From NCBI GenBank assembly GCA_022703055.1, contig JAKLEP010000001.1:218850-282849 (forward strand): DNA of 64,000 nucleotides, read 5' to 3'. Source of the DNA: Candidatus Omnitrophota bacterium (GTDB taxonomy: Bacteria > Omnitrophota > Gorgyraeia > VGKH01). Position 1 is the stretch's first letter. The number at the start of each line of letters is the position of its first letter. A model generated the notes under the pieces. The model saw only the letters and a list, made by a program, of their open reading frames with translations, made no database searches and was not told the origin of the DNA. Below, one piece after another: positions 51,896 through 62,984 of the stretch. Position numbers and translations under genes: made by a program.

Positions 51896-53167
51896 ATGTC
51901 TAAAGAAATACTTATAAACATAAAAGAAAAAACCAAAAGGATTGCCGTCGTAAAAAACAATCTTCTGGAGGAGTTTTATCTGGAGGTTTCTAGCGAGGAA
52001 TCCATTTTAGGCAATATCTATAAGGGAATTGTGCGTTCGGTAGTGCCTTCGATAGATGCTGCTTTTATCGATATCGGACAGGGCAAAAACGGATTTCTTT
52101 ACCTGGGAGAGTTGACCAACCCTTTAGTGGAAGAAGAACTCAAAGAGCAGGTTCCTAAATTTGATATCTACGAGAAAAAAGATAATGCCAATAAATATAA
52201 GGTCGGCGATGAAGTATTGGTTCAGGTGGTAAAAGAGGCATTCGGTACCAAGGGGCCGAGGCTTACTACTCACATAAGTTTGCCCGGTCGATACCTGGTC
52301 TTGATGCCCCTGGACAGGAATATTGGCATTTCCCGCCGGATATCTGACCACAAAGAACGAGACAGATTAAGGTCGACATTAGAAAAGATAAATTTCCTTA
52401 AGAATATGGGCATAATTGTCCGTACCGTGGCTCAGGGTAAAGGCAACCGAGAACTTATCAGGGATGGCAGTTTTCTCGTCAAGACTTGGCGCGATATAAG
52501 AAAAAGGAATCTAAAACAAAAACCCCCATCGCCTGTGCATAAAGAGTACGGAATCTTGCTTAAAGTGTTAAGGGATGTTTTTTCCGAGGATGTTGAGAAG
52601 GTAATCATTGATTCAAAACGTGAGTATATCAACGTTTTTAGATTCGTCAGGACTTATCTAGGGGGACATTTTGCCAGAAAGATAAAGTTTTATCGGGAAG
52701 GCGTGCCTTTATTTGAATTTAAAAACGTCGAAGATCAAATTAAGAAACTTTACGAGAAAAAAGTTTTCCTGAAGAGCGGGGCTTATATTGTTATCGAGCC
52801 GACCGAAGGCCTGACCGTTATAGATGTAAATAGTGGCAGGTTCACCTCTAAGGCGAATCCGGAAAAGGCGGCGTTTATGGTCAACCTAGAGGCGGCAAGA
52901 GAAGCCGCAAGGCAACTTCGCCTGCGCGATATTGGCGGCATAGTCGTTATAGATTTTATCGATATGGTAGAAGAATCGAATCAGCGCCAGGTGCTTTATG
53001 CTTTTAAAGAAGCACTTAGCCAAGATAGGGCCAAGACCGATGTCCTGGGTATTTCTAAGCTTGGTTTGGTTGAGATGACCAGGGAACGCACCAGCAGGTC
53101 CATTGAGTCAAAGTATTATAAAATTTGCCCTGCTTGCGAAGGCAGGGGCAAGCTTAAAATAGATTGA
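51896..53167 (+). CDS. rng: ribonuclease E/G family protein (RNase G-like)
   Basis: S1-like N-terminus (GNIYKGIVRSVVPSIDAAFIDIGQGKNGFLY), DNase-I-like core (VIDVNSG, GGIVVIDFIDM) and C-terminal CPACEGRG. ATG 51896 chosen over the track TTG at 51872. Confidence 0.85.
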   Translation: MSKEILINIKEKTKRIAVVKNNLLEEFYLEVSSEESILGNIYKGIVRSVVPSIDAAFIDIGQGKNGFLYLGELTNPLVEEELKEQVPKFDIYEKKDNANKYKVGDEVLVQVVKEAFGTKGPRLTTHISLPGRYLVLMPLDRNIGISRRISDHKERDRLRSTLEKINFLKNMGIIVRTVAQGKGNRELIRDGSFLVKTWRDIRKRNLKQKPPSPVHKEYGILLKVLRDVFSEDVEKVIIDSKREYINVFRFVRTYLGGHFARKIKFYREGVPLFEFKNVEDQIKKLYEKKVFLKSGAYIVIEPTEGLTVIDVNSGRFTSKANPEKAAFMVNLEAAREAARQLRLRDIGGIVVIDFIDMVEESNQRQVLYAFKEALSQDRAKTDVLGISKLGLVEMTRERTSRSIESKYYKICPACEGRGKLKID

Positions 53168-53191
53168 CAGACAGATAAACTCGAGTATAAT
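53164..53191 (+). promoter_or_regulatory. sigma70-type promoter upstream of rplU
   Basis: TTGACA (53164-53169, overlapping the rng stop), 16-nt spacer, TATAAT (53186-53191). Confidence 0.55.
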
Positions 53192-53250
53192 CTCTTGATA
53201 TTTGTTTTAAGGTTAGAAACTAATATTCATCAACGTTTTAGGAGGAGATA

Positions 53251-53568
53251 ATGTACGCAATAGTTCAGATTGGGGCAAGGCAATATAAGGTAGCCGAAGG
53301 CGACATAATTGAAGTCGAGAAGCTGGCGGCCAAAAAGGACAAGTCTACTACCTTAGAAAATGTACTTTTAGTCAAAGACAAAAAGGAAGTTAAGGTAGGC
53401 CAGCCGTATTTGAAGGATGTTAAAGTAACTGCCGATATTCTCGGCGATTTTAAGGCCAAGAAAGTCGTTTCTTACAAATACCGAAGAAGACGCGCTTCTT
53501 CCGATTGGAAGAAGGGCCATAGGCAAACCTTGACGCGGCTCAAGATAGATAAGATAGTATCCAAGTAA
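53251..53568 (+). CDS. rplU: 50S ribosomal protein L21
   Basis: MYAIVQIGARQYKV... is the canonical L21 start. AGGAGGAG SD. Confidence 0.9.
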   Translation: MYAIVQIGARQYKVAEGDIIEVEKLAAKKDKSTTLENVLLVKDKKEVKVGQPYLKDVKVTADILGDFKAKKVVSYKYRRRRASSDWKKGHRQTLTRLKIDKIVSK

Positions 53569-53572
53569 TGCG

Positions 53573-54544
53573 ATGCCTTTTGTTGATGAAGCGAAAATTT
53601 ATGTTGCCGGCGGGCATGGCGGTAAAGGTTGCAGGAGCTTTGATAGATCACCCTATTTTAGACATCCCAAGCCTAACGGTGGTAATGGCGGCCGTGGCGG
53701 AAATATAGTAGTCGTCGCTGATAATAAGATTCATACCCTCCTGGATTATAAATATCAACAGCATTTCTCTGCTCCTTCAGGCGGACACGGAAGCAGCAAT
53801 AACAAGCAGGGCAGAGACGGAGAAGATTGCATTATCAAAGTGCCATTGGGCACGAGTGTCAAAGACTTTGAAACTGGCTATCTTCTGCGTGATTTAGAAG
53901 AGCATGAGCAGAAAGTAATTGCTGCTAATGGCGGAATCGGCGGTCTGGGCAATAACAATTCTAGGATAGTCAGCGAAGGAAAGCCCGGCGAACAAAAAAC
54001 TTTAACGCTTGAGTTAAAATTAATCGCCGACGTGGGTATCGTAGGTTTTCCTAACGCTGGAAAATCTACCTTGATATCGTGCCTGACCAATGCCAGGCCA
54101 AAGGTTGCAAGTTATCCTTTCACCACCAAAGCCCCGGTTTTGGGCAATTTAGAGATAGACGGCACCGTTATGACGATTGCCGACCTTCCAGGATTAATTG
54201 AAGGCGCACACGAAGGCAGAGGCCTTGGAGATAAATTTCTAAAACATGTAGAGAAGACAAGGCTTTTAATTCATTTGGTAGATGTTTCCGGAGTAGAAAG
54301 CGATCCTGTAAAGAATTACCAGTCTTTAAACAAAGAATTAAAGTTTTATAGCGCTGACCTTTCACAAAAAAAGCAGATAATCGTGGCAAATAAAATGGAT
54401 TTGCCCGATGCGGCCAAAAATTTAGATAAACTTAAGAAAGCGATAAAGAAAAGAATCTATCCTATTTCTGCTTTGGGAAAAGAGGGAATAGAAGAGCTCC
54501 TGAAGGTTATAAAAAAAGAATATGAGAAGACAATTTCAGCATAA
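53573..54544 (+). CDS. obg: GTPase Obg/CgtA (short form, no C-terminal extension)
   Basis: MPFVDEAKIYVAGGHGGKGCRSF Gly-rich Obg fold. G1 GFPNAGKST, G3 DLPG, G4 NKMD. Confidence 0.9.
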   Translation: MPFVDEAKIYVAGGHGGKGCRSFDRSPYFRHPKPNGGNGGRGGNIVVVADNKIHTLLDYKYQQHFSAPSGGHGSSNNKQGRDGEDCIIKVPLGTSVKDFETGYLLRDLEEHEQKVIAANGGIGGLGNNNSRIVSEGKPGEQKTLTLELKLIADVGIVGFPNAGKSTLISCLTNARPKVASYPFTTKAPVLGNLEIDGTVMTIADLPGLIEGAHEGRGLGDKFLKHVEKTRLLIHLVDVSGVESDPVKNYQSLNKELKFYSADLSQKKQIIVANKMDLPDAAKNLDKLKKAIKKRIYPISALGKEGIEELLKVIKKEYEKTISA

Positions 54545-55607
54545 AATAAAAAGAATAGTGGTAAAAATCGGCACAAGCATGTTAGCTTCAAGCCACGGCG
54601 GGTTGGATAATAGGATTATCGAGGAGCTGGTCAATCAGATTTGTTCACTTGCTGCATCCGGTAAGCAGATAATCTTGGTTTCGTCAGGAGCAATTGCATC
54701 AGGCCTTGCAGAAATGGGTTTGAAGACGAGGCCTCAGGATTTATCGAGCCTCCAGGCTGCGGCTTCTATCGGACAGAGCATATTGATGCAAAGATACAAT
54801 GATTATTTCAAAAAAAACAAAGTTTCTTGCGCGCAAGTGTTGCTTACCTGGGAAGATTTTTGCCAGCGCCAGCGTTATTTGAATGCAAGAAATACTGTGG
54901 ATAGACTCTTGGAATACAAAATTATTCCGATAATAAATGAGAATGACGCTGTTTCGACTGATGAGATTAAATTCGGCGATAATGACAAGCTTTCAGCTTT
55001 AGTCGCCAATCTGGTCGAGGCTGATTTGTTGATTTTACTTTCGGATGTCGAAGGATTATACCGTACCAAAAAAGATGATATCATTTCGGTGGTTGAAGAG
55101 CTAAACGATGAAATCAAGAAGCTCGCCAAGGGTACTGATAAGAAACTCATTTCCCGCGGAGGAATGATTTCTAAGTTAGAAGCGGCAGAAATCGTCATGC
55201 ATGCCGGAATTCCTTGCGTTATCGCAAATGGAAAAACCAAAGATATCATCGTAAAGATTTTAGAAGGCCAGGAGATCGGAACTCTGTTCTTGCCCAAGAA
55301 AGATAAGCTTGTCGCCCGTGATAGATGGATCGCCTTTGGAGCCAAAACTAAAGGCAAAATTGTAGTTGATGACGGAGCCAAGGAAGCATTGTTAAAAAAA
55401 GGTAAGAGCCTGCTTTGTCCTGGGGTGGTCGATTTAGATGGCAAGTTTGTTAGTGGCGATATGGTTTCCATCGTCGATAAAAATCATAAAGAATTTGCCA
55501 GAGGAATATCCAATTATTCTTCCGGCGAGCTTAAAACTATCAAAGGTTGTAAAGGTAAGGAAGAAGTTATCCATAGGGATAATCTAGTTATCACCGTCAA
55601 GGAATAA
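54522..55607 (+). CDS. proB: glutamate 5-kinase with PUA domain
   Basis: IVVKIGTSML, amino-acid kinase fold, C-terminal PUA (GDMVSIVD...ARGISNYSS). Overlaps obg by 23 nt. Confidence 0.9.
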   Translation: MRRQFQHKIKRIVVKIGTSMLASSHGGLDNRIIEELVNQICSLAASGKQIILVSSGAIASGLAEMGLKTRPQDLSSLQAAASIGQSILMQRYNDYFKKNKVSCAQVLLTWEDFCQRQRYLNARNTVDRLLEYKIIPIINENDAVSTDEIKFGDNDKLSALVANLVEADLLILLSDVEGLYRTKKDDIISVVEELNDEIKKLAKGTDKKLISRGGMISKLEAAEIVMHAGIPCVIANGKTKDIIVKILEGQEIGTLFLPKKDKLVARDRWIAFGAKTKGKIVVDDGAKEALLKKGKSLLCPGVVDLDGKFVSGDMVSIVDKNHKEFARGISNYSSGELKTIKGCKGKEEVIHRDNLVITVKE

Positions 55608-55608
55608 A

Positions 55609-56865
55609 ATGGAGCTTAAAAAGAAGATTATAACGATGGCAAGAGGTGCTCAAGAAGCGTCTAGAGAGCTTGCGTTGGTTCCAACTGAGCTAAAAAATAA
55701 AACTTTAGTTGCTATGGCCAAGGCCTTAGCAGAGAAGAAGGATTTTATTTTGGCCCAGAACAAAAAAGACGTTATTCTTGCCCAGAAAAAAGGCTTTAGC
55801 GGTTCTTTAATCGACCGTTTGATATTAAATGATAAACGCATATATGAAATGAGCCGGTCTTTAATGCAGGTTGCGTCATTAAAAGATTACGTCGGAGAGA
55901 CTATTAGAACCTGGAAGCGGCCAAACGGATTAATAATTTCAAAAGTCCGCGTTCCAATCGGGGTAATTGCTATTATTTATGAAGCCAGGCCAAATGTTAC
56001 GTCTGATTGTATAGGATTGTGCTTGAAATCTTCCAACAGCGTAATCCTCAAGGGTGGCTCCGAAGCGTTAAATTCAAACATAGCTATTTATAAGGTTCTA
56101 AAAGATGTGGCGGAAAAATTCAAGCTTCCCAGAAATGCAATTAATTTAATTGATACATCCGATAGGAAGGCAGTTGATATTTTGCTTGGCCTGAATAATT
56201 ACATTGATTTGGTAATTCCTCGAGGAGGAGAGAGCTTAATACGCAGTGTCGCCGCCAAATCCAAGATTCCCGTAGTAAAACATTACAAAGGGATTTGTCA
56301 TACCTATGTGGATAAATATGCCGATATTGATACGGCTTTAAATGTCAGCTTCAATGCTAAGGTGCAGCGTCCTGCCGTCTGCAATGCCATGGAGACGCTT
56401 TTGGTGCATAAGGATATCGCAAAGAAGTTTTTGCCGGAGATGGCTGCAAGATTCAAGGCTGCAGGCGTTGAATTACGCGGAGATGACAATACCAGAAGAA
56501 TCGTAAAAGGTATAAAAAAAGCTGCTGACAAAGATTGGGCTACCGAATATCTTGACCTTATCCTTTCTGTCAGGGTTGTTGACAGTTTGGATGAGGCGAT
56601 AGACCATATAAATACTTTTGGCTCCAAGCATTCGGATGCGATAATTACCGAGAATAAGAAGAATGCCTCGGAATTCTTGAAAAAAGTTGATTCTGCCGCA
56701 GTTTTTGTTAATGCATCAACCCGTTTTACCGATGGCTACGAGTTCGGCCTAGGTGCAGAGATAGGTATCAGCACGGAAAAACTGCATGCCAGAGGTCCGA
56801 TGGCATTAGAAGAATTGACTACCTATAAATATACGGTTTTTGGCGACGGTCAAATAAGGCAATGA
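55609..56865 (+). CDS. proA: glutamate-5-semialdehyde dehydrogenase
   Basis: 418 aa with aldehyde dehydrogenase fold. VCNAMETLLVH catalytic Cys region. Follows proB by 1 nt. Confidence 0.9.
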   Translation: MELKKKIITMARGAQEASRELALVPTELKNKTLVAMAKALAEKKDFILAQNKKDVILAQKKGFSGSLIDRLILNDKRIYEMSRSLMQVASLKDYVGETIRTWKRPNGLIISKVRVPIGVIAIIYEARPNVTSDCIGLCLKSSNSVILKGGSEALNSNIAIYKVLKDVAEKFKLPRNAINLIDTSDRKAVDILLGLNNYIDLVIPRGGESLIRSVAAKSKIPVVKHYKGICHTYVDKYADIDTALNVSFNAKVQRPAVCNAMETLLVHKDIAKKFLPEMAARFKAAGVELRGDDNTRRIVKGIKKAADKDWATEYLDLILSVRVVDSLDEAIDHINTFGSKHSDAIITENKKNASEFLKKVDSAAVFVNASTRFTDGYEFGLGAEIGISTEKLHARGPMALEELTTYKYTVFGDGQIRQ

Positions 56866-57443
56866 AACGTATCGGAGTTTTTGGCGGGACATTTGACCCC
56901 ATTCATAACGGCCATATAACGATTGCCGAAGAGGTGTTTAAGGAATTAAGTTTAGATAAGATTATCTTTGTCCCTGCGCATATACCTCCGCATAAATTGC
57001 ATGCAAAGATTGCCAGTGCCCAGGACAGGTATAATATGGTGAAGCTTGCGGTTGGCTACAACGATAATTTTGAAGTTTCCGACATCGAAATAAACCGAGA
57101 AGGCCCATCGTATTCAATCGACACGATAAAAGAGCTTAAAGAGAATATCGGTACAGATTCGGAATTTTATTTTCTTATAGGCTCAGATAGCATCGCCGAG
57201 TTAAAGTACTGGAAGGATTTTAACAGCCTTCTAAAGATTGTTAAATTCGTCGTAGTAAACAGGCCGCGTTACAGTTTTGAGGGCATGCCTAAAGGGGCGC
57301 TTAGAATACAGCTAAGAGGAATTGACATTTCTTCTTCAAAAATAAGAAATAGAATAAGAGAAAAAGAGCCGATTGATTCTTTGGTGCCTGAGAAAGTAAA
57401 AGAATACATAATCAAAAAAAGGTTATATAAAGATGAAAAATAA
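56862..57443 (+). CDS. nadD: nicotinate-nucleotide adenylyltransferase
   Basis: GVFGGTFDPIHNGH (HxGH) and ISSSKIR motifs. Confidence 0.9.
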   Translation: MKRIGVFGGTFDPIHNGHITIAEEVFKELSLDKIIFVPAHIPPHKLHAKIASAQDRYNMVKLAVGYNDNFEVSDIEINREGPSYSIDTIKELKENIGTDSEFYFLIGSDSIAELKYWKDFNSLLKIVKFVVVNRPRYSFEGMPKGALRIQLRGIDISSSKIRNRIREKEPIDSLVPEKVKEYIIKKRLYKDEK

Positions 57444-58083
57444 GATTTTGATCGCGCCTTCTATTTTAGCCGCAGATTTTGCAAGGTTAAAAGAGGAGAT
57501 TCAATCCGTCGAGGCTGCCGGGGCTGACCTTATTCACATTGATGTTATGGATGGTAACTTCGTTCCCAATATTACCATAGGTCCTTGCATTATTAAGGAT
57601 ATTAGAAAGATCACCAAGCTGCCTTTGATTTCGCATTTAATGATAGCTAATCCTTTTAAATATGCCGACGATTTTTTCAATGCCGGCTCAGACGCCATAA
57701 GTGTGCATATAGAAACTATAAAAGCGGATGATTTTAAATCTAACGCGCCGAAAATCAAGAATAAGAAACGCAAAATTGGTATTGCCTTAAATCCTCCGAC
57801 GGATTTATCGGCAATCAAGGATTTAGCCAGTTTAGCAGATTTTGTTTTGGTGATGTCAGTTAATCCGGGATTCGCCGGCCAGAGTTTTATTCCTGACGTG
57901 ATTCCCAAGATTAAAGAGCTGCGTAAATTTTATTCTGGCGATATCGAGGTCGACGGAGGTATAAATGATAAAAATGCCAAGCTGGTTTTAGAAGCTGGCG
58001 CCAACATCTTGGCTGCAGCAAGTTTTATTTTTAAGGCAAATGACAGAAAGGACGCAATAGAAAGGTTAAGAAATGCAAAATAA
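57433..58083 (+). CDS. rpe: ribulose-phosphate 3-epimerase
   Basis: IAPSILAADF, HIDVMDGNFVPN, VNPGFAGQSF, DGGI motifs. Confidence 0.9.
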   Translation: MKNKILIAPSILAADFARLKEEIQSVEAAGADLIHIDVMDGNFVPNITIGPCIIKDIRKITKLPLISHLMIANPFKYADDFFNAGSDAISVHIETIKADDFKSNAPKIKNKKRKIGIALNPPTDLSAIKDLASLADFVLVMSVNPGFAGQSFIPDVIPKIKELRKFYSGDIEVDGGINDKNAKLVLEAGANILAAASFIFKANDRKDAIERLRNAK

Positions 58084-59479
58084 AGACATCAAATTTGGTA
58101 CAGACGGATGGCGGGGAGTAATCTCCGATAACTTCACTTTTGAAAACGTAAGGGTAGTTGCCCAGGCGATCAGCGATTGGATAAATTCAGAGTTTTCGCA
58201 GAAAAATGTCGTAGTTGGCTACGATACAAGGTTTCTTTCGAATGAGTATGCGGAAATTGTCAGCCGGGTAATGGCCGCAAACGGAATAAATGTTTTGTTA
58301 TCTAATCGCGCGGTACCTACTCCGGCGGTAAGTCTTATAACCAGAGAAAAGCATCTATGTGCGGGAATCATGATAACTGCAAGCCATAATCCCGCCAGAT
58401 TTAACGGAATAAAAATTAAGGTTTCAACTGGAGGAGCAGCCCCAGAAAAAGTCACGGAAAAAGTCGAAAGTTTGCTTTTTAAGTCCCGGATTAACAATAT
58501 TAGTCTGGAAGAGGCAGTTTCTAAGAATAAAATAAAAATAATCGATATTACTCGAGCTTATTTAGATTTTATCCGTTCTTATGTTGACCTTAAAGTACTT
58601 AAAAACGCAAAATTTAGAGTTCTGGTTGATGCTATGTATGGAAGCGGCGACAGTTTTATCGGCGAGATACTCAAGAACACAAAGATAAAGGTAGAGTTCT
58701 TGAGAAATAATATCAATCCTTCTTTTGACGGCGGCCGTCCTGAGCCGGTAGCAGAGAATCTTGGAGTAATGTTATCTAGAATGAAAAAAGAGAAGTTTGA
58801 TATCGGCCTGGTTCTCGACGGAGATGCAGATAGGATAGCCGCAGCCGCACCCGGGGGAGAATTTGTAAGCCCTCAGAGGATTATCGGACTTTTAGCTTTG
58901 CATTTAATTGAAGACAGGCACTACAAAGGCGGAATGATAAAGACCATCGCCGGGAGCAATCTGCATGATAATATCGCCAAATATTTTTCGCGTAAGCTTT
59001 ATGAAACTCCTGTGGGATTTAAATACATTTCGGAATTAATGACTACTAAAGATATTTTAATCGGTGGAGAAGAGGCGGGCGGCATCGGTTTTAAGAACTA
59101 TATTCCCGAAAGAGACGGAACCTTAGCGGGATTATTGCTTTTAGAGATGTTGGCATACAGAAAAAAGGATTTTAAGACAGTAATTAAGGAAATGGAAACG
59201 AAATTTGGAAGATATTATTATCTGCGCGATGACCTGAAATTAAAAGAGAAAGCTCCGGATGTCTTGAGGCTCAAGTCTGTAAAACAGATTTTGGGCAGAA
59301 AAGTAGTGCAAATTAAGGATTATGACGGTATAAAGTTGATTTGCGATGATGGAAGCTGGCTTATGCTTAGGGCTTCGGGAACTGAACCTTTGGTCAGAGT
59401 TTACTCAGAGTCAAAATCTTTGGCCAAAGCCAAGAAGTTGCTAGAAGAAGGAAGAAAATTAATTAAGAGTTTAAAATAG
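58073..59479 (+). CDS. phosphoglucomutase/phosphomannomutase family protein
   Basis: FGTDGWRG start, active-site TASHNPARFNGIK, DGDADR metal loop, GEEAGG sugar loop. Confidence 0.85.
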   Translation: MQNKDIKFGTDGWRGVISDNFTFENVRVVAQAISDWINSEFSQKNVVVGYDTRFLSNEYAEIVSRVMAANGINVLLSNRAVPTPAVSLITREKHLCAGIMITASHNPARFNGIKIKVSTGGAAPEKVTEKVESLLFKSRINNISLEEAVSKNKIKIIDITRAYLDFIRSYVDLKVLKNAKFRVLVDAMYGSGDSFIGEILKNTKIKVEFLRNNINPSFDGGRPEPVAENLGVMLSRMKKEKFDIGLVLDGDADRIAAAAPGGEFVSPQRIIGLLALHLIEDRHYKGGMIKTIAGSNLHDNIAKYFSRKLYETPVGFKYISELMTTKDILIGGEEAGGIGFKNYIPERDGTLAGLLLLEMLAYRKKDFKTVIKEMETKFGRYYYLRDDLKLKEKAPDVLRLKSVKQILGRKVVQIKDYDGIKLICDDGSWLMLRASGTEPLVRVYSESKSLAKAKKLLEEGRKLIKSLK

Positions 59480-60069
59480 TGCTTTATACTGTATCGCGTT
59501 TTTTTATTATTTTGTTTGGTAAAATATTTTTCTTTCTGCAGGCAAAAGGGAAAGAAAATATCCCAAAATCCGGCGCTTTTATTTTAGCCAGCAACCACGT
59601 CAGCAACCTTGATCCTCTAATGCTGGGTGCCGCTTGCTCTAGAAAACTTGGCTACATGTCCAAGGAAGAATTGTTTAGAAGCCCGATTTTAGCTTTTTGG
59701 CTACGCCATGTGCACGCATTTCCCGTAAAAAGGCAGGTTCACGACGTGGGGGCGATAAGGGAAGCATTGAAAAGATTAAAAAGTGGACAACCGCTTCTTA
59801 TGTTTCCCGAAGGCGGGCGCAGCGCAGATGGTGAATTTTCGGATGTCGAACCCGGAGTAGGAATGCTGGCAATGCATACATCGGTTCCAATTTTGCCGGC
59901 TTTTATAAAAGGCTCAGAAAAGGCGATGGCAAAAGGTTCTCATAAAATTAGTTTTAATAAGATTGTAGTGGTTTTTGGTAAAGAATTTTATTTGGATAAT
60001 AATCAGTCATACGAAGAAGCGGCAAATCGCATAAAAAATGAAATAATTGCGCTTGGCGAGAGCGCATAA
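59479..60069 (+). CDS. plsC: 1-acyl-sn-glycerol-3-phosphate acyltransferase
   Basis: NHVSNLDP (HX4D) and FPEGGRS motifs. GTG start. Confidence 0.8.
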   Translation: MLYTVSRFFIILFGKIFFFLQAKGKENIPKSGAFILASNHVSNLDPLMLGAACSRKLGYMSKEELFRSPILAFWLRHVHAFPVKRQVHDVGAIREALKRLKSGQPLLMFPEGGRSADGEFSDVEPGVGMLAMHTSVPILPAFIKGSEKAMAKGSHKISFNKIVVVFGKEFYLDNNQSYEEAANRIKNEIIALGESA

Positions 60070-60077
60070 AATAAATC

Positions 60078-60106
60078 TTGCCAATTAATTTGTTTTTTAG
60101 TACAAT
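60078..60106 (+). promoter_or_regulatory. sigma70-type promoter upstream of rpsA
   Basis: TTGCCA (60078-60083), 17-nt spacer, TACAAT (60101-60106). Confidence 0.5.
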
Positions 60107-60146
60107 ACACACTCTAAAAAATAAATAAAGAAAGGTGGAATCGTTA

Positions 60147-61697
60147 ATGGTTGAGAAAAAAGATGCATCACTGGAAGAACTTTACAATCAATCCTTAAAG
60201 AATATTAAGGAAGGCCAGATTGTAAAGGGCAAAATCGTTAGCATAACAGGAGGTGATGTATTAGTAGATATCGGTTACAAGTCCGAAGGCGTAATCCCTT
60301 TAAGAGAGTTTCCTTCTTCCGATAAACTAGAAATTGGTCAAGAGACCGATGTTTTGGTTGAAATGAAAGAAGATGATGACGGCCGCATAGTACTTTCCAA
60401 GGAAAAGGCTGATAAGATAAGAGGTTGGAGAAAATTAGTAGATGACTTCAATGAAAATACTCTCGTAGATGGAAAAATAAGGAAGAAAGTCAAAGGCGGT
60501 TTTATTGTTGATGTTTTTGGCGCCGATGGATTCCTGCCCATGTCTCTTTCATCGTTTAAGAACATGACTGACGATGAGATTATCAATAAAAACTTTAGGT
60601 TCCATGTAACTAAACTGAATAAAATTCGTCATACCTTGATACTTTCCCGACGAGATGCGCTGCAGAAGGAGAAAGAAGCGACCAAGGGAAAACTTTGGGA
60701 TAGTTTAGAGGTTGGAAAAGTACGTAACGGCGTTGTTAAAGGCATTACCGATTTTGGGGCATTTATCGATCTTGGCGGAATAGATGGTCTTCTGCATATC
60801 ACCGACATGAGTTGGTCTAGGATCTCTCATCCTTCGGAGCTTGTGGCAATCGGCGATAAGATTGATGTTGTTATCTTGGGATTCGATAAAGATGCTTCAA
60901 AGATATCCTTGGGTTTAAAACAACGCACCCCGGATCCCTGGCAAGATGTGGAAGGCAAATTTCCAGTCGGTTCAAGGGTCAAGGGGAAAGTCGTCAATAT
61001 CATGCCCTACGGAGTTTTTATCGAGCTTGAAAAAGGTATTGAAGGTTTGGTGCATTACACCGAGATGTCCTGGCAGAAGAGGACAGTCAATCCCCAAGAA
61101 ATGTTTGCTATGGGGGATGTCGTTGAGGTGCAGGTTTTAAATATAGACAAAGATGCAAAACGCATATCTCTAAGCGTAAAGCAACTAGAATCAAACCCAT
61201 GGCTAGAGGCAGAAAAGAAATTCCCTGTCGGCAACGTGGTTAATGGAAAGGTGAGAGGTTTTACCGATTATGGAGCTTTCGTTGAGCTAGATGAAAACCT
61301 GGAAGGGATGATTCATATCTCTGATATGTCATGGACTAAGAAAATCAATCATCCGCAGGATATATTAAGGAAAGGCCAGAAGGTAGAGTTAAAGATTCTA
61401 GCCGTTGACGTAGAAAATAGGAAGATTTCTCTGGGCTTAAAGCAGCTTACCGAGAGTCCTTGGCCAGAGATTGCTAAAAAATATCCTATCGGCATGGTTT
61501 TGGACTCGGAAGTTGTTCAGGTTACTAACTTCGGGGTTTTTGTCAAAATCGAAGAAGACCTCGAAGGCTTGGTTTATTCCTCCGAGATGGATAAAGAAGC
61601 TATGGCAGCGCTAAAATCCCAAGACAAACTAAAGGTCAAAGTCATAAAAGTTGATGTCGAGCAGATGAAAATCGGTCTTAGCTCGAAAACCGAATAA
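60147..61697 (+). CDS. rpsA: 30S ribosomal protein S1 (six S1 domains)
   Basis: Repeated S1 motifs (G..V.G.V......G.FV.L..G..GL.H.S.). ATG 60147 preferred, with AAAGGTGGA SD at 60131-60139, over the track GTG at 60135. Confidence 0.9.
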   Translation: MVEKKDASLEELYNQSLKNIKEGQIVKGKIVSITGGDVLVDIGYKSEGVIPLREFPSSDKLEIGQETDVLVEMKEDDDGRIVLSKEKADKIRGWRKLVDDFNENTLVDGKIRKKVKGGFIVDVFGADGFLPMSLSSFKNMTDDEIINKNFRFHVTKLNKIRHTLILSRRDALQKEKEATKGKLWDSLEVGKVRNGVVKGITDFGAFIDLGGIDGLLHITDMSWSRISHPSELVAIGDKIDVVILGFDKDASKISLGLKQRTPDPWQDVEGKFPVGSRVKGKVVNIMPYGVFIELEKGIEGLVHYTEMSWQKRTVNPQEMFAMGDVVEVQVLNIDKDAKRISLSVKQLESNPWLEAEKKFPVGNVVNGKVRGFTDYGAFVELDENLEGMIHISDMSWTKKINHPQDILRKGQKVELKILAVDVENRKISLGLKQLTESPWPEIAKKYPIGMVLDSEVVQVTNFGVFVKIEEDLEGLVYSSEMDKEAMAALKSQDKLKVKVIKVDVEQMKIGLSSKTE

Positions 61698-61702
61698 TTT
61701 TT

Positions 61703-62881
61703 ATGCAAAAGCTGTCTGTCGAAGAGCAATTAAAAGTTATCAAGCGCGGCACGGTTGAAATCATCTCCGAAGAAGATTTAAAAGCCCGCCTCCAAGAAAG
61801 CCTTAAGAACAGAAGGCCGCTTGTTATCAAGGCTGGATTTGATCCTACCGCTCCCGATATCCATTTGGGCCATACCGTTCTATTGAAGAAACTAAGAACT
61901 TTCCAAGACCTCGGTCATAGAGTGTTCTTTTTGATCGGAGATTTTACAGCCCAAATAGGCGATCCTTCAGGAAGAGATCAAACTCGCACCAAGATGAACA
62001 GAGAAGACATCAAGAGAAACGCCGCCACCTACAAGAAGCAAGTATTCAAAATTCTCGACGAGAGAAAGACAAAAGTTGTCTTTAACAGTTCGTGGCTTTC
62101 AAAGATGAATTTGCAAAATATCTTGGAGCTTTCTTCCTTTGTAACTGTGGCTCAGATGTTAGCGCGAGCAGATTTTAAGCAGCGATTCGAGGAAAAGACA
62201 GAGATAAGCATTTTGGAGTTTCTTTATCCTTTGCTGCAGGCTTATGATTCGGTTTATTTGAAGGCCGATGTCGAATTGGGTGGTACAGACCAAAAATTTA
62301 ACCTTCTTATGGGCAGACAACTCCAGATTGCTTGCGGTCAGAAGCCGCAAGCTGTAATTATGACTCCGCTTCTTGAGGGAACCGATGGGATAAATAAAAT
62401 GAGTAAATCCTTGGGTAATTATATAGGAATAAATGAGTCTGCCAGCCAGATTTTTGGTAAAACTATGTCTGTGCCCGATGTGCTTATGTATAGATACTAC
62501 GAGGTGCTTACTGATGTCGATTTGGAGGGAATCAAGAAACTTCCCCCAATGCAGGCAAAGAAGAATCTGGCCAAGATTTTTATTGAAAGATTTTACGATA
62601 GGAATCAGGCTGCCAGGGCAGAAGAAGAGTTTAATAATATTTTCAGCAAACGTCAAACCCCTTCAGATTTAGAGAGTTATCAGATCGATAAGGACACCAG
62701 TTTATGCGAAATTTTAGTCAAAAGCGCTCTCGCTGCTTCCGGCAATGAAGCCAGGAGGCTCATCAAACAGGGCGCAGTTACCATAGATGAGAAGAAAATA
62801 TTAGATGTTAACTATGTAGTAAAAGAGGGAGGGATTTTAAAAGCTGGTAAACGCCGTTTCTTAAAGATTGTCAAAGCTTAA
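61703..62881 (+). CDS. tyrS: tyrosine--tRNA ligase (short, S4-domain C-terminus)
   Basis: HIGH-type HLGH and KMSKS motifs. C-terminal S4-like [11 protein letters not shown]. Confidence 0.9.
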   Translation: MQKLSVEEQLKVIKRGTVEIISEEDLKARLQESLKNRRPLVIKAGFDPTAPDIHLGHTVLLKKLRTFQDLGHRVFFLIGDFTAQIGDPSGRDQTRTKMNREDIKRNAATYKKQVFKILDERKTKVVFNSSWLSKMNLQNILELSSFVTVAQMLARADFKQRFEEKTEISILEFLYPLLQAYDSVYLKADVELGGTDQKFNLLMGRQLQIACGQKPQAVIMTPLLEGTDGINKMSKSLGNYIGINESASQIFGKTMSVPDVLMYRYYEVLTDVDLEGIKKLPPMQAKKNLAKIFIERFYDRNQAARAEEEFNNIFSKRQTPSDLESYQIDKDTSLCEILVKSALAASGNEARRLIKQGAVTIDEKKILDVNYVVKEGGILKAGKRRFLKIVKA

Positions 62882-62984
62882 CTTAATTTTCGCAACAGTT
62901 CTTCGAAAAGAATCTTCCCAAAATCTTATCATTTCGCAGTTTTTTATATAACTAAAGCACTTTCATAAAATTATGAATTTCTTC

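Noticed and set aside
53569-53572. Absence of rpmA (L27) between rplU and obg, where it sits in many bacteria.
   Set aside because: Only 4 nt separate rplU and obg, so nothing is hidden here. rpmA is presumably elsewhere in the genome, which cannot be assessed from this window.
23189-62656. Other long antisense ORFs: 23189-23692, 25845-26153, 26784-27176, 35779-36186, 50759-51322, 54875-55471 and 62159-62656, all on the minus strand. The shorter track ORFs nested in or overlapping annotated genes, on either strand, fall in the same group.
   Set aside because: Each is fully contained within, and antisense to, a plus-strand gene with clear family motifs (DegT, GT4, pilQ, proB, tyrS). None has family motifs or a convincing SD.
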